Assembly (NCBI GenBank): GCA_050287085.1
Contig: JBNKBE010000023.1
Span: 1 to 64,000, forward strand
DNA: 64,000 nt
Direction: 5' to 3'
Source of the DNA: Polyangiaceae bacterium
Lineage (GTDB): Bacteria; Myxococcota_A; Polyangia; Polyangiales; Polyangiaceae
Shown: piece after piece, positions 1 through 10,028 of the stretch
How the letters are laid out: the number at the start of each line of letters is the position of its first letter
How positions within the stretch are numbered: the stretch's first letter is position 1
Notes under the pieces: generated by a model
What the model saw: only the letters and a program-made list of their open reading frames with translations
The model's database searches: none
Told to the model about the DNA's origin: nothing
Translations under genes and position numbers: made by a program

Positions 1-115
1 TATTCGGGCACCGCAGTGCTATTCGGGCACCGCAGTGCTATTCGGGCACCGCAGTGCTATTCGGGCACCGCAGTGCTATTCGGGCACCGCAGTGCTATTC
101 GGGCACCGCAGTGCT
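1..115. repeat. Tandem repeat, 19-bp unit TATTCGGGCACCGCAGTGC x6 (may continue left of the window)
   Basis: Six identical head-to-tail copies with no spacers. Each unit contains a GCAC-CGCA-GTGC mini-palindrome. Confidence 0.97.
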
Positions 116-412
116 CTCCTCGAGTAGCTCGAGTAGCGCAACGATGAGGCCGACCGCCGCAAGAGAATCGGCCGACGAAATATGGCTTTTCGGTCCGGGG
201 CGCTAGGGGCTGTGCCCGTTGCAAATTCCCGCGGCTGGTGAGTGCTGCAGGAACGAGCTTTGCGCCAAGGCGCTAAGCCGCAAACGGCTGCGTCTCAAGC
301 AGGCGGTCCACTAGCCCCTGTCGAGCCTTCGCTTCCTCGTCATTCTGACTTGCATCGATATGCGTTTGCTTGCGGGATACAAGTCCGCGATCCGCTGGAT
401 CCGCGATTCGCT

Positions 413-1276
413 TCAGTCGCTGCCGTCCCCTGAGGCGGCTTCCGAAGGTGCCTCCCCGCCATCCACGACGGCAGCGCTACCGGCTATGGTCGCGTGCGCC
501 TCGATGGGTTCGCCCTCAGAAAGCTCAATCACCACGGCCGTGACGTTGTCCTCGCCGCCGTTCTCATTGGCCATCGTCACCAGTCGCTCACACGCGCCAG
601 CAGGATCTTCGGATTCGGCAATGGCACGACAGATATCCTCATCGGTCACCATTCCGCTCAATCCATCTGAACACAAGACGTAGAAGTCGCCGACCTCGCC
701 CTGATCTTGGATCAGATCTATTTCGACGTTGTCCTGCATGCCAAGCGCCCGCGTGATGACGTTCTTGGGAAGCTCATTGCGCTGTTCTTCCGGCATGTCC
801 GGCATGGCCGCCAGGTAGTCATTGAGCAACGAGTGGTCTCGCGTGAGCTGGGTGATTTCACCCGCCCGGACTCGATATGCTCGACTATCGCCAACGTGAC
901 CAATGTACATCCGGCCGCTCGTGGCGTTGAATAGCGCCCCGACGACCGTTGTCCCCATACCGCGTAGGTCGCGATTGCGGATGCTGTGCTCGTAGATTTG
1001 GCGGTTCGCCAAGCGAATGGCCGTCAGCAGCCGATTCTCTTCATCGCTCAAATCCGAGTCGAAGTGAAACGGCCACGTGACGTCCTCCGACTCGGTGCGG
1101 TTGAAGAACTCGGTGATCGACTCCGACGCCAAGCGACTCGCAACGTCACCCGCTCGATGGCCCCCCATTCCGTCTGCAACGATGAATAGCTGGTGGGCCC
1201 CGACGACTGCATAAGAGTCCTCGTTGTGCTCACGCTGAAGGCCCACATCGCTCAGACCCGCCGCCTGCGCTTTCAT
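413..1276 (-). CDS. PP2C-family Ser/Thr protein phosphatase (Stp1/PrpC type)
   Basis: Motifs SDVGLQREHNED, VADGMGGH, MGTT, HVGDSRAY, LCSDGL and GGEDNVT. Confidence 0.95.
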   Translation of the reverse strand: MKAQAAGLSDVGLQREHNEDSYAVVGAHQLFIVADGMGGHRAGDVASRLASESITEFFNRTESEDVTWPFHFDSDLSDEENRLLTAIRLANRQIYEHSIRNRDLRGMGTTVVGALFNATSGRMYIGHVGDSRAYRVRAGEITQLTRDHSLLNDYLAAMPDMPEEQRNELPKNVITRALGMQDNVEIDLIQDQGEVGDFYVLCSDGLSGMVTDEDICRAIAESEDPAGACERLVTMANENGGEDNVTAVVIELSEGEPIEAHATIAGSAAVVDGGEAPSEAASGDGSD

Positions 1277-1365
1277 CCTGTCATGCTAACCCCCCAAAGG
1301 CCCAGGGCGCAACCACAGGGGCGAGATGACTGCCGAAATCGGACCCGAGCACGACATCAGGCCCG

Positions 1366-1923
1366 CTAGACTTGGAGGATTTCCTTCTCTTTGGCCGCAG
1401 TCAGAGTATCGACGGCGTGAGTTCCGTCCTTGACGACATCTTCGACCTTCTTTTTGGCGCGCTCGACGTCATCTTCGCTAGCGTCGCCGTCTTTCTTGAG
1501 CTGGTCGAGAAGGTTCATCGCGTCGTGGCGCGCTTTGCGAATCGCCACTTTGCACTCTTCTCCGTATTTCTTGGCCAATTTCACGAGGTCACGCCGGCGT
1601 TCCTCGCTCAATGGGGGGACGGGCACGCGAATGATATCGCCGTCGGATTGGGGATTGAGCCCCAGATTGCTCTCCCGAATCGCCTTGTCGAGGAGTTGCA
1701 TCGCCCCCTTGTCCCACGGCTTCACCGTCAGTAGGCGCGGCTCAGGGACCGAGACAGTCGCCATTTGGGACAGGGGCGTTATCGCGCCGTAATAGTCTAC
1801 TTTCACGGAATCGAGCAGCGCGGGACTCGCTCGGCCGGTACGCAATTTGGCGATCTCACGCTTGAGCGCCGCCTCCGCCTTCGTGATCGCCTCTTTGAGT
1901 TCCTCGATAGTCTCTTCTAACAT
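1366..1923 (-). CDS. frr: Ribosome recycling factor
   Basis: LRTGRASPALLD, VDYYG, GLNPQSDG, PPLSEERR and KEKEIL motifs. 185 aa from the ATG at 1923, with GAGG upstream. Confidence 0.97.
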   Translation of the reverse strand: MLEETIEELKEAITKAEAALKREIAKLRTGRASPALLDSVKVDYYGAITPLSQMATVSVPEPRLLTVKPWDKGAMQLLDKAIRESNLGLNPQSDGDIIRVPVPPLSEERRRDLVKLAKKYGEECKVAIRKARHDAMNLLDQLKKDGDASEDDVERAKKKVEDVVKDGTHAVDTLTAAKEKEILQV

Positions 1924-2186
1924 ACTCGTATTCCTCTTCAAACGCCGGGGCCGGCGGGCGCCTCGTAGCCTCGCGGGCCGGGCTCACTACCTGCCCCGCC
2001 CTCGCCAGCCAATCGGAGTCGTTTTCGTTGGCTAGCGGCTTATATCACCTGGGTCACAGCAAGGCGAAACTCAAGATGTCGGTCACCGGAGCTGTCAGGG
2101 CGGCTGACACATCATGGCCGGCGCTAGAGCAAGAGGATCTAGCGGCTTGCGCTTGCCGTTCGAAGCGCGTTGAGTATGGTATCCCC

Positions 2187-2303
2187 ATGGAAAACGGACT
2201 GGTCAATCTCGCCGCCATCGTGAGTCTTCTGATCTTCTCCATGGGCCTCATCCCGTTGATTCTCGTCAAGGGCACACCCAAGATTGAAGACAAGCAGGAC
2301 TGA
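2187..2303 (+). CDS. Small single-pass membrane protein (38 aa), hypothetical
   Basis: MENGLVNLAAIVSLLIFSMGLIPLILVKGTPKIEDKQD: one hydrophobic helix and a charged tail. TTGCCG-16-TATGGT promoter ends 7 nt before the ATG. Confidence 0.55.
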   Translation: MENGLVNLAAIVSLLIFSMGLIPLILVKGTPKIEDKQD

Positions 2304-4314
2304 GCCGCCAGTCGTACACAGCGCAGTCCAAGCGTTCCTTGATCTCACCGCGGGTTCAGCTCAGCTGCCAGCGGTGCTGGACTATCTGGGCGTTTCCGGC
2401 GCCCGTCACTCGCGCCGCATCGTGCAGGCGCGTTGGCGATATCTGGTCATCGCCCTGTCGACAGGATGCCCCAACTCAGGCCCGTATGGTGCCGACGGTG
2501 TTGCGCTTCGCGCCCGGAGGGTCGCTAAGCGCGCGCCAGCACAGCTCCGCTCTAGCCGGCCCGACGCGACGGATGCGGCAGAGCCGCAGTCGCTGAATAC
2601 TCCGGTCGCCGCTCGTCTGCTCGAAGCGCTTGCCGCCCGGTGGCCCATAGCCGCAAGAACGCCGAGCGACGCCGACGTCCTCTATGAATCCCTCCTAGAG
2701 TGGTCCCTGAGCGCCGGGAACGACGGGCTATCTGCTTCCCCCAGCTCTGAACGACGTCGCGCCGGCGCGCACTACACACCTCCAGCGCTAGCCACCCAGG
2801 TCGCCCAGCAGGCGCTCGCGCCATTGTTGATCGACTTGACGCCGCAGCAGCTCCTATCTCTTCGGATCTGTGATCCGGCCTGCGGTAGCGGCGCCTTGCT
2901 GGCCGCTTGCCGCGACGTATTGCTCGCGGCCCTACCTCGGGAGGCAGCCGAAGAGTATGGCAATGCGCTCGCGGAACGAGTTCTGCACGGAATTGACTGC
3001 GATCGCGTAGCCGTTGAACTGGCCCGCCAGCGCCTGCCAGGCGCCCGTATTCTTGCCGCCAACGCCCTTGCCCAAGGAAGTGAGACTCCGGAAGAACGCT
3101 GGAGCTCCCTTTTTCCGGACGTAATGGCGGCTGGCGGGTTTGACGCGATTATCGGCAATCCACCCTGGATAGCCTACGTCGGACGCGCAAGTCAGCCCCT
3201 ATCGCAGCCAGTCTCTGCACAACTCCGCCGCACCTACGAGAGCTTCCAACGCTACAAGACGCTGCATGGTGTGTTCATCGAACACGCCACCTACGGCCTC
3301 CGCCCAGAAGGCAGGCTCGGACTCGTGGTGCCAACCTCAGTGGCAGATCTCGAGGGTTATGGCCCCACCCGCAGCGCCCATGACGCGCGCTGCGAGACGG
3401 ACCGGCCGCTACTCGATTTTGGGGACGGTGCCTTCAACGCCGTAATGCAACCGTGTATGGCACTGACCTCAACGCGCCGGTCTACTGGCTCAAGACCGGG
3501 GCAGGCGGCGTGGCAGCTTGCGTCCACTCGACTCGCGGCCCCGGAGCAAGCCATGCTGGACAAGCTGCGGCGCTTGCCCGGCTGCCCGAGCGGACTATTC
3601 GGGGAACGCGGCTATCAAACGGTCGGCGCCGACCGAACAAAGCTAGTGCCTGTGCCGGCGGCGGGCTTGCCCCCCGGCTTCCACCCGATCCTGACTGGCA
3701 CCGAAGTACGTCCTTTCGAGCGCTTGCCCGCCCGCCTCTGCGTGGCGCCAGATACGTTGATGGGACGTCTCCGTGAGGCGAGCGAGTGGCGTCAGGTGGC
3801 CGTCTTAATCCGACAGACCGCGCGCGTTCCGTTGGCCGCGCTGGGCAATGGGCAACCCTTCCGGAACTCCGTGCTAGCTGCGTTTGTGCTCGATGGCTTC
3901 AACCCCTTCTTGCTGCTCGGCTACCTCAACTCGACCCCTATTCGCTGGTTCCACTTCCACCGTTTTCGAGACGCGCGTCAGGGCATGCCGCAAATGAAGA
4001 TCAGCCACCTACGCGCCTTGCCGAGCCCGCCCACGGACAACACGGACGCGGGTGCGGCTCTTACGCGGCTTTGCACCCCTATCGCACAACAGAACCTGGG
4101 CCTCTCGGCGGCCGCTCAAGAGCGCCTCGATGCATGTGTTGGCCAATGGCTCGGTCTGGACACCCTTGAGCAAGCCCGGATGAATGCCTGGGCGCGGAGC
4201 AATCCACCCGTGCCTAGTGCACGCAAGCGCGCTGCAAGCGCCGAGGTGGACACGTCGCTCGCCGCAGGGCATAGCGAGCTGAGCGTTTCCGACGCCGCGA
4301 GACAACGAGCATGA
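2284..4314 (+). CDS. N6-adenine DNA methyltransferase (Eco57I/TaqI-like, with C-terminal target-recognition region); start uncertain
   Basis: HYTP, motif I RICDPACGSGALL, motif IV FDAIIGNPPW, GRLGLVVP, and a TaqI_C-like LLGYLNS segment. Confidence 0.8.
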   Translation: MKTSRTEPPVVHSAVQAFLDLTAGSAQLPAVLDYLGVSGARHSRRIVQARWRYLVIALSTGCPNSGPYGADGVALRARRVAKRAPAQLRSSRPDATDAAEPQSLNTPVAARLLEALAARWPIAARTPSDADVLYESLLEWSLSAGNDGLSASPSSERRRAGAHYTPPALATQVAQQALAPLLIDLTPQQLLSLRICDPACGSGALLAACRDVLLAALPREAAEEYGNALAERVLHGIDCDRVAVELARQRLPGARILAANALAQGSETPEERWSSLFPDVMAAGGFDAIIGNPPWIAYVGRASQPLSQPVSAQLRRTYESFQRYKTLHGVFIEHATYGLRPEGRLGLVVPTSVADLEGYGPTRSAHDARCETDRPLLDFGDGAFNAVMQPCMALTSTRRSTGSRPGQAAWQLASTRLAAPEQAMLDKLRRLPGCPSGLFGERGYQTVGADRTKLVPVPAAGLPPGFHPILTGTEVRPFERLPARLCVAPDTLMGRLREASEWRQVAVLIRQTARVPLAALGNGQPFRNSVLAAFVLDGFNPFLLLGYLNSTPIRWFHFHRFRDARQGMPQMKISHLRALPSPPTDNTDAGAALTRLCTPIAQQNLGLSAAAQERLDACVGQWLGLDTLEQARMNAWARSNPPVPSARKRAASAEVDTSLAAGHSELSVSDAARQRA

Positions 4315-5261
4315 CAGGACCCACCCCGACCGGAGCGCCTACGGTATCGATCGTCGTTCCCGGCTACAACGAAGCCGAAAGTCTCCCCGCCCTAGCAACC
4401 AAGGTCCACGCGGCGCTGGGCGAGCAGGCCTATGAGCTCTGGTTCGTCGATGACGGAAGCACCGACGCAACGTGGCCAGTCATCTGTCAGCAGCACGCCA
4501 AGGACCCCCGTGTGCGCGGGATACGCCTCCGGCGCAACTTCGGCAAGGCGATGGCCCTCGCCGCCGGATTCCGGTGCAGTCGCGGCGACATTATCGTCAT
4601 GATGGACGCTGATCTGCAGGACGACCCGGCGGACCTACCGGCCTTCCTCGCCCGTATTCGCCAGGGGGATGATGTCGTCGTTGGATGGAAGGTCGAACGC
4701 AAGGATCCCCTGTCTCGTCGGATGGCCTCCAAAGTCTTCAACACCAGCGTACGCTGGACCACCGGGTGCTCACTGCACGACATGAACTGCGGCTTCAAGG
4801 CATATCGCCGAGAAGTGATCGAGACGATTCCCGTCTATGGCGATCTATTTCGCTTCATCCCAGCCCTTGCCGCCGCCGATGGGTTCATCGTAACGGAGAT
4901 TCCAGTCCGACATCACGCACGTCAGTATGGTCGCTCTCGATATGGCTTGGAGCGCATCCTACGCGGATTCTTCGACCTACTGAGCGTACTATTCCTGACG
5001 CGCTACGCACGCAAGCCGATGCACCTATTCGGCCTGCTCGGACTGATCACCTTCGGGATCGGTTTCTCAATGGCCTGCTACCTGACCGTGTTGTGGCTCA
5101 ATGGTCAGGGCATCGGGGCGCGGCCTCTGCTCCTGCTGAGCGTGATGCTCATGGTGATGGGCGTTCAATTCGGCAGTCTCGGCTTCATTGGTGAGTTCCT
5201 AACCTATCAAGCAGAGAAGCGCTCCTATCGGGATGCGCTACCGATCCGCGAGACGCTCTAG
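4311..5261 (+). CDS. Glycosyltransferase family 2 (polyprenyl-phosphate glycosyltransferase, ArnC/GtrB-like)
   Basis: SIVVPGYNE, VDDGSTD, RRNFGKA, MDADLQDDP and DMNCGFKAYR motifs; two C-terminal TM helices; ATGA overlap with the upstream gene. Confidence 0.93.
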   Translation: MTGPTPTGAPTVSIVVPGYNEAESLPALATKVHAALGEQAYELWFVDDGSTDATWPVICQQHAKDPRVRGIRLRRNFGKAMALAAGFRCSRGDIIVMMDADLQDDPADLPAFLARIRQGDDVVVGWKVERKDPLSRRMASKVFNTSVRWTTGCSLHDMNCGFKAYRREVIETIPVYGDLFRFIPALAAADGFIVTEIPVRHHARQYGRSRYGLERILRGFFDLLSVLFLTRYARKPMHLFGLLGLITFGIGFSMACYLTVLWLNGQGIGARPLLLLSVMLMVMGVQFGSLGFIGEFLTYQAEKRSYRDALPIRETL

Positions 5262-5268
5262 GGCAAGC

Positions 5269-6762
5269 CTATGGAAGATAGCGGCGCTCGAGATGGGCGA
5301 TGAACGGCTCGGCAGACAACGGCTGTCCGGTAGCTGCTTGCAGAATGTCGTTGGTATCGGCGCTCGACGCCTTGCGCCAAACGTTATCTCGTAGCCACGT
5401 GTCGAGGGCGCTGACGTCTCCCGTGGCAATATCTTGCCTGACGTCCGGCACGGCACGTTCGACGGCCTGAAACAACTGGGCCGCGGCCATCGCCCCGAGG
5501 GTGTATAGGGGGAAATAGCCAAACAGTCCCGCTGGCCAATGCACGTCTTGAAGGCAGCCATCCCGATCATTGCCTCGCGTAGACAACCCCAGCAGAGCTT
5601 CCATCTCCGCATTCCAGGCTTCCGGGAGATCGCGCGGCAACAGCGTGCCGGCTATGAGTTGTCGTTCGAGCTCATAGCGAAGCATAACATGGGCCGGATA
5701 CGTCACTTCGTCAGCGTCCACTCGAATGAAGCTGCGCTCGACGCGGGTCGCGAGCCGCACGAGATTCTCCACCGCAAAAGTGGAACTCTGAGCTCTTGCG
5801 GCCTCCGGAAAAGCGTCTCGAATGTGTGACGTGGCAAAAGCGGCAAACTCTTGGCTGCGGCAAACCTGCATCTCGAGCAGGAGGCTCTGCGACTCGTGCA
5901 AGACCATGCCCGCGGCTTCACCGATCGGCTGGTGAGACCACTCCGAAGGCAGACCCTGTTCATATTTGGCGTGTCCGGTCTCATGCAGCACCCCCATGAG
6001 AGCTTTCGAATAGTCCGCCTCATCGTAGCGAGTTGTGATCCGAACGTCAGCCGGAGCGCCTCCGCAGAAGGGGTGATGACTGGTGTCCAGGCGCCCTCGG
6101 CTGTCGTCAAACCCCATGGCTACCATCAAGCGCTGCCCGAGCGCCTTCTGCGCCGAAACATCAAAAGGACCTTGTGGCTCGATCACCCCGGCCGAGCGTT
6201 GACGCTCGATCACCCGCTCCGTGAAGTCCGGCAGAAACGCCTTGAGCTGCGCGAAGGCGCTGTCGATCATGTCGGTACTCAGGCCAGCTTCAAAGCTCCC
6301 CATGAGCGCCGCGTAGGGAGTCACGTCCAACGCCTCCCCTAGCGCCGCCCCCACCGCCTGCCGCGCCTTCACGACCCTTTCAAACGACGGAAGAAAGCCC
6401 GCGAAGTCGTTTTCTTGTCGGTAGCGACGCCAGCCTTGCTCGCAGTTCAGGCTTGCCTCCGTCGCCTCGCTCACCAGTTCACTGGGCACGGCGGTCGCCC
6501 GTACATGCTGCCGTCGCATCAAAGTCAGATTGCGACGCTGCCAAGGCTCCAGCGTCTCTGTATTGGCACCGGCGAGCCATTCACCAACCCGTGGCTCGCT
6601 GACCATCTGATGAATGGTGACATCGAGACCGCTGAGTGCTGCGGCCCGCGCGGGCGCCGCAGCGTCGGGCATATTCACCGCCCGGTCCCATTCGACGATC
6701 GCCCCGACTTCGCGCAGCTGTCCGATACGTCGAAAGTGTTCGGAAAGGGCGGAATAGGTCAT
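5269..6762 (-). CDS. Carboxypeptidase family M32 (carboxypeptidase Taq-like)
   Basis: HPF, DVRITTRY, HETGH (HEXXH), HESQS, IRVDADE, GCLQDVHW and GYFPLY motifs. Confidence 0.95.
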   Translation of the reverse strand: MTYSALSEHFRRIGQLREVGAIVEWDRAVNMPDAAAPARAAALSGLDVTIHQMVSEPRVGEWLAGANTETLEPWQRRNLTLMRRQHVRATAVPSELVSEATEASLNCEQGWRRYRQENDFAGFLPSFERVVKARQAVGAALGEALDVTPYAALMGSFEAGLSTDMIDSAFAQLKAFLPDFTERVIERQRSAGVIEPQGPFDVSAQKALGQRLMVAMGFDDSRGRLDTSHHPFCGGAPADVRITTRYDEADYSKALMGVLHETGHAKYEQGLPSEWSHQPIGEAAGMVLHESQSLLLEMQVCRSQEFAAFATSHIRDAFPEAARAQSSTFAVENLVRLATRVERSFIRVDADEVTYPAHVMLRYELERQLIAGTLLPRDLPEAWNAEMEALLGLSTRGNDRDGCLQDVHWPAGLFGYFPLYTLGAMAAAQLFQAVERAVPDVRQDIATGDVSALDTWLRDNVWRKASSADTNDILQAATGQPLSAEPFIAHLERRYLP

Positions 6763-6802
6763 AAAGATCGCGCTATCAGTGGCGCCCAAGGCACGTCAAG
6801 CG

Positions 6803-7552
6803 ATGAATATCCTCCTCCTGTCCTCGAACGAACTCAACACCGACAACATCGCGCACCTTGACGGTCGACGCGCAGAGCACGTCCACCTAGTGCTGCGCGC
6901 CAAACCGGGGGCACGCCTGCGCGCGGGTCTGGTCGACGGTCCCATAGGTGAAGCCGAAGTCTTGGAAACCACTAGACGCTCCCTGGTCGCGCGCTTCTCA
7001 CCGCTCGCAACTCCGCCAGCACCCAGCGGCAAGTCGCTCATCCTGGCGCTACCCCGCCCCAAGGTCCTCAACCGCTGCCTCGAGCATGCAGCCACACTAG
7101 GGTTCGGACGGATCTGGCTGGTTCGCACCGCGCGGGTCGAGCGCTCGCAACTCGCCAGTCGCGCTCTCGACCCAGCAAGCATGCGCCGGCACCTTCTGCT
7201 CGGCCTGGAACAAGGCCGTCGAACCCAAGTTCCAGAACTTCAAGTCTTCACCTCACTGGCACAGCTGCTGGCGAACCCTGAACTCCAGGGGTTGCCCTCC
7301 GCCCGCATCGTGGCCGACCTCGACGGTCGCAGCTCGGGTGCTCCAGTGGGCGATTTGCCGTACAGCTTGGTGATCGGCCCGGAGGGCGGTCTACTCGCGG
7401 CGGAAGTGGCGACCCTCGGTCAACACGGTTTCGTCCCGAGAGCGTTTGGAGCTACACCCCTGCGCGTCGAAAGCGCCTTGAGTTACGTCGCAGGACAGCT
7501 CGAGCTCAGCCCGCCGCAGCTTGGCTCCGTTTCCGACCTGCCCCATGAATGA
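6803..7552 (+). CDS. rsmE: 16S rRNA m3U1498 methyltransferase RsmE family
   Basis: HVHLVLRA N-terminus, LALPRPK, EQG, IGPEGG and LRVESA SPOUT motifs. Confidence 0.88.
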   Translation: MNILLLSSNELNTDNIAHLDGRRAEHVHLVLRAKPGARLRAGLVDGPIGEAEVLETTRRSLVARFSPLATPPAPSGKSLILALPRPKVLNRCLEHAATLGFGRIWLVRTARVERSQLASRALDPASMRRHLLLGLEQGRRTQVPELQVFTSLAQLLANPELQGLPSARIVADLDGRSSGAPVGDLPYSLVIGPEGGLLAAEVATLGQHGFVPRAFGATPLRVESALSYVAGQLELSPPQLGSVSDLPHE

Positions 7553-7623
7553 GAAGCCGCCCCCAAGAACTCGAGCCTGTCCCGCGCCGAGCGCCCTTGG
7601 CGGGCCCTTGCTGAACACCACCC

Positions 7624-8454
7624 GTGCCCATCGTATCCTCACTCTTCATCTATCCGATCAAGTCCTGTGCGGGCGTGGCGCTTAGCACCATGCGCTTCGA
7701 CGCTCGGGGGCCAATGCAGGACCGACGCTACATGGTCGTCGACTCCCAAGGCACATTTCTGTCGCTGCGCCGAAACCCGCTGATGGCGCAGATTCGTCCC
7801 GTCTTCGCTCGCGGCTCGCTGGTGGTGAACGCCCCCGGCATGCCCAGCCTGACCCTGCGAAAAAAGCCCACGCAGCCCCAGCGCCGTTGCACGGTACAGG
7901 TCTGGAGTTGGACCGGAAGCGCTTTGGATCAGGGCGACGCCGCCGCCCATTGGTTCTCGCGCGTTCTGGGCGAGCCGTGTCGCTTGGTCAAACAGGATGA
8001 CGCGCTCGCTCGGCTGGCTCCAGACGAGCTGCACAAGGTGGGCTTTGCTGACGCATTTCCTTTGCTCCTGACCACCGTTGAATCGCTGCAGGAGCTCAAC
8101 CGGCGCTTGGCGCTGCCAATCGCGATGTACCGCTTTCGGCCCAACGTCGTACTCAGGGATTGTCGCCCTTTCGAAGAGGATGGCTGGGCGGAACTGAGCG
8201 GTGGCGGCATTCACCTCCGGATCGACAAGCCATGCGAGCGCTGCGTCGCAACAACCGTCGACCAGCACACGCTGGAAAAGGGCAAGGAACCCCTTGCAAC
8301 GTTGTCCCGCTTTCGCAAGTCCCAGGGAAAGGTGCTCTTTGGCGAAAACGCCACGGCACTTGCCACGGCACCCCTCAGCGTGGGCGCGGAGCTCGACGTG
8401 GTGCGCTGGCGGACGCCAGATCTCCGTCCTACCTTTGTGGGCGGCGCCCCTTGA
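7624..8454 (+). CDS. MOSC domain protein (YcbX/mARC-like)
   Basis: LFIYPIKSCAG, DRRYM, FADAFPLLL, RFRPNVV, PFEEDGW and CERC motifs. Confidence 0.93.
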   Translation: MPIVSSLFIYPIKSCAGVALSTMRFDARGPMQDRRYMVVDSQGTFLSLRRNPLMAQIRPVFARGSLVVNAPGMPSLTLRKKPTQPQRRCTVQVWSWTGSALDQGDAAAHWFSRVLGEPCRLVKQDDALARLAPDELHKVGFADAFPLLLTTVESLQELNRRLALPIAMYRFRPNVVLRDCRPFEEDGWAELSGGGIHLRIDKPCERCVATTVDQHTLEKGKEPLATLSRFRKSQGKVLFGENATALATAPLSVGAELDVVRWRTPDLRPTFVGGAP

Positions 8455-8513
8455 CGTGGGGGGCCAGAGCCCAGAATACAAGCAGACATGATGACCAAGA
8501 GGGAACGGGCTTC

Positions 8514-9419
8514 GTGAGCCCGACAAGGGCGGACGTTGTCGTCATCAGCGGCAGCTCAGGATTCGTAGGCACCGAGCTTGTGCGAAAGCTCGAAGCCCGG
8601 GGCACCCGGGTCATCCGGCTCGTAAGGAAGCCGGCACAGGGCGTTTACGAGTGCACCTGGGAGCCTTCTCGCACTTTCTCCCCGACCGGCGACGTCGCGC
8701 GCGCTCGCGCGTGGATTCATCTGGGTGGGGTCTCTGTCGCTGAAGGGCGTTGGAACGAGCAGCGGAAAGCGAGGATCCTCCAGAGCCGCGTCGAGTCAAC
8801 GCGCGCGCTGGTTTCTGCGCTGCTTGCGCTACCGGAGCCCCCGCCGACGTTCTTATGCGCCTCAGGGATCGGCTACTTTGGGGATGGCGGTAGCGATTGG
8901 CTCACCGAGACGAGCCCCTGCGGCGAGACTTTCCTGGCCGAGGTATGCCGGCAATGGGAGACGGAAGCAGAGCGAGCCGCAAGCAAAGCGCGCACGGCCG
9001 AGCTCCGCTTCGGCGCGGTACTCGGGCGCAGCGGCGGCGCATTGGCGAAGCTTCTGCCCCTGTTCCAAGCGGGCCTCGGGGGACGCCTGGGTTCAGGCCA
9101 GCAGTACATGAGCTGGATTGCGCTGAGCGACGCGGTAGCGGCCATCGTTCACTGCTTGGATGCTGATGAGGTAGCCGGCCCGGTCAACCTGGTCAGCCCG
9201 AACCCCGTCACAAACCGGGAGTTTACAACCTGCCTCGCGCGGACATTGCGCCGTCCAGCGTGGGCTCCCGTGCCGGGTTTTGCGCTCAGAGCCGCGGTCG
9301 GAGAGTTTGCCGGCGAGCTTCTCAGGGGCCAACGCGCAAGTCCGGAGAAGCTACTTCGTAGCGGCTTCTCCTTCGCCTACCCAACGCTGGAAGACGCACT
9401 TGCGGCAGAGCTCCGCTGA
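8514..9419 (+). CDS. TIGR01777-family NAD-dependent epimerase/oxidoreductase (YfcH-like)
   Basis: ISGSSGFVG, RWNEQRKARILQSRV, FLAEVCRQWE, GGRLGSGQQYMSWI and GPVNLVSP. GTG start assumed. Confidence 0.9.
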   Translation: MSPTRADVVVISGSSGFVGTELVRKLEARGTRVIRLVRKPAQGVYECTWEPSRTFSPTGDVARARAWIHLGGVSVAEGRWNEQRKARILQSRVESTRALVSALLALPEPPPTFLCASGIGYFGDGGSDWLTETSPCGETFLAEVCRQWETEAERAASKARTAELRFGAVLGRSGGALAKLLPLFQAGLGGRLGSGQQYMSWIALSDAVAAIVHCLDADEVAGPVNLVSPNPVTNREFTTCLARTLRRPAWAPVPGFALRAAVGEFAGELLRGQRASPEKLLRSGFSFAYPTLEDALAAELR

Positions 9420-9440
9420 GTCGTGGCAGGAAAACCGAGA

Positions 9441-10028
9441 TTACAGCGCGCCCTCGTCTTCTACGAGTGCTCTGGCCGACGTTTCGTAGCTGAAGCCAGC
9501 CCGGGCCAAAATGGCCAGCTCTCGGCGCCGCGTACCCTCATCGGCCGGCCTGCGGCGGTGTGGGCCCAGTCGCCTCCGGCGCACCAGCCGACGAGCGGCG
9601 GCGAGTTCATCGTCGGATTTTGACGCTCCGCTCTGCTCCCGCGCCCGCTCCAGCACCTCCGCCGCCACCTGCGCGCTGACCCCCTTGGTGCGCAAGCGAG
9701 CGACAATCGCTCGTGCCGACAGGCCCCGCTCCCGCAGCGACCGAGCGTGCATCTCCGCGAAGCGCTCGTCAGAGATCAAACGCGAAGCCTTGAAGCGCAG
9801 CACTATTTCGTCGATCCACGCCTGAACGGCAGCGAGCTCCCCGTCCGCAGCGACTTCCTCTCGACTCGTGGTGTGCTGCTCCTGCAGCGCCTTCCGGGCC
9901 CGCCGCAGCAGCATGGCTCGAAACTTGACTTCCGTGGCATCAAAACGCTCGAGGTAGCTGAGCGCGACCTGCTCCAGAAAAGCGCGATCGACCAACTTCG
10001 GTGCACTGCGCCGTCCCCGGGATGCCAC
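9441..10028 (-). CDS. recX: RecX family regulatory protein (start uncertain; ORF is open to 10154)
   Basis: ALSYLERF, LISDERFAE, RGLSARAIVARLRTKGV and LARAGFS motifs. Confidence 0.82.
   Translation of the reverse strand: MASRGRRSAPKLVDRAFLEQVALSYLERFDATEVKFRAMLLRRARKALQEQHTTSREEVAADGELAAVQAWIDEIVLRFKASRLISDERFAEMHARSLRERGLSARAIVARLRTKGVSAQVAAEVLERAREQSGASKSDDELAAARRLVRRRRLGPHRRRPADEGTRRRELAILARAGFSYETSARALVEDEGAL

Noticed and set aside
1..115. CRISPR array
   Set aside because: Units are contiguous with no unique spacers, 19 bp is too short, and there are no cas genes in the window.
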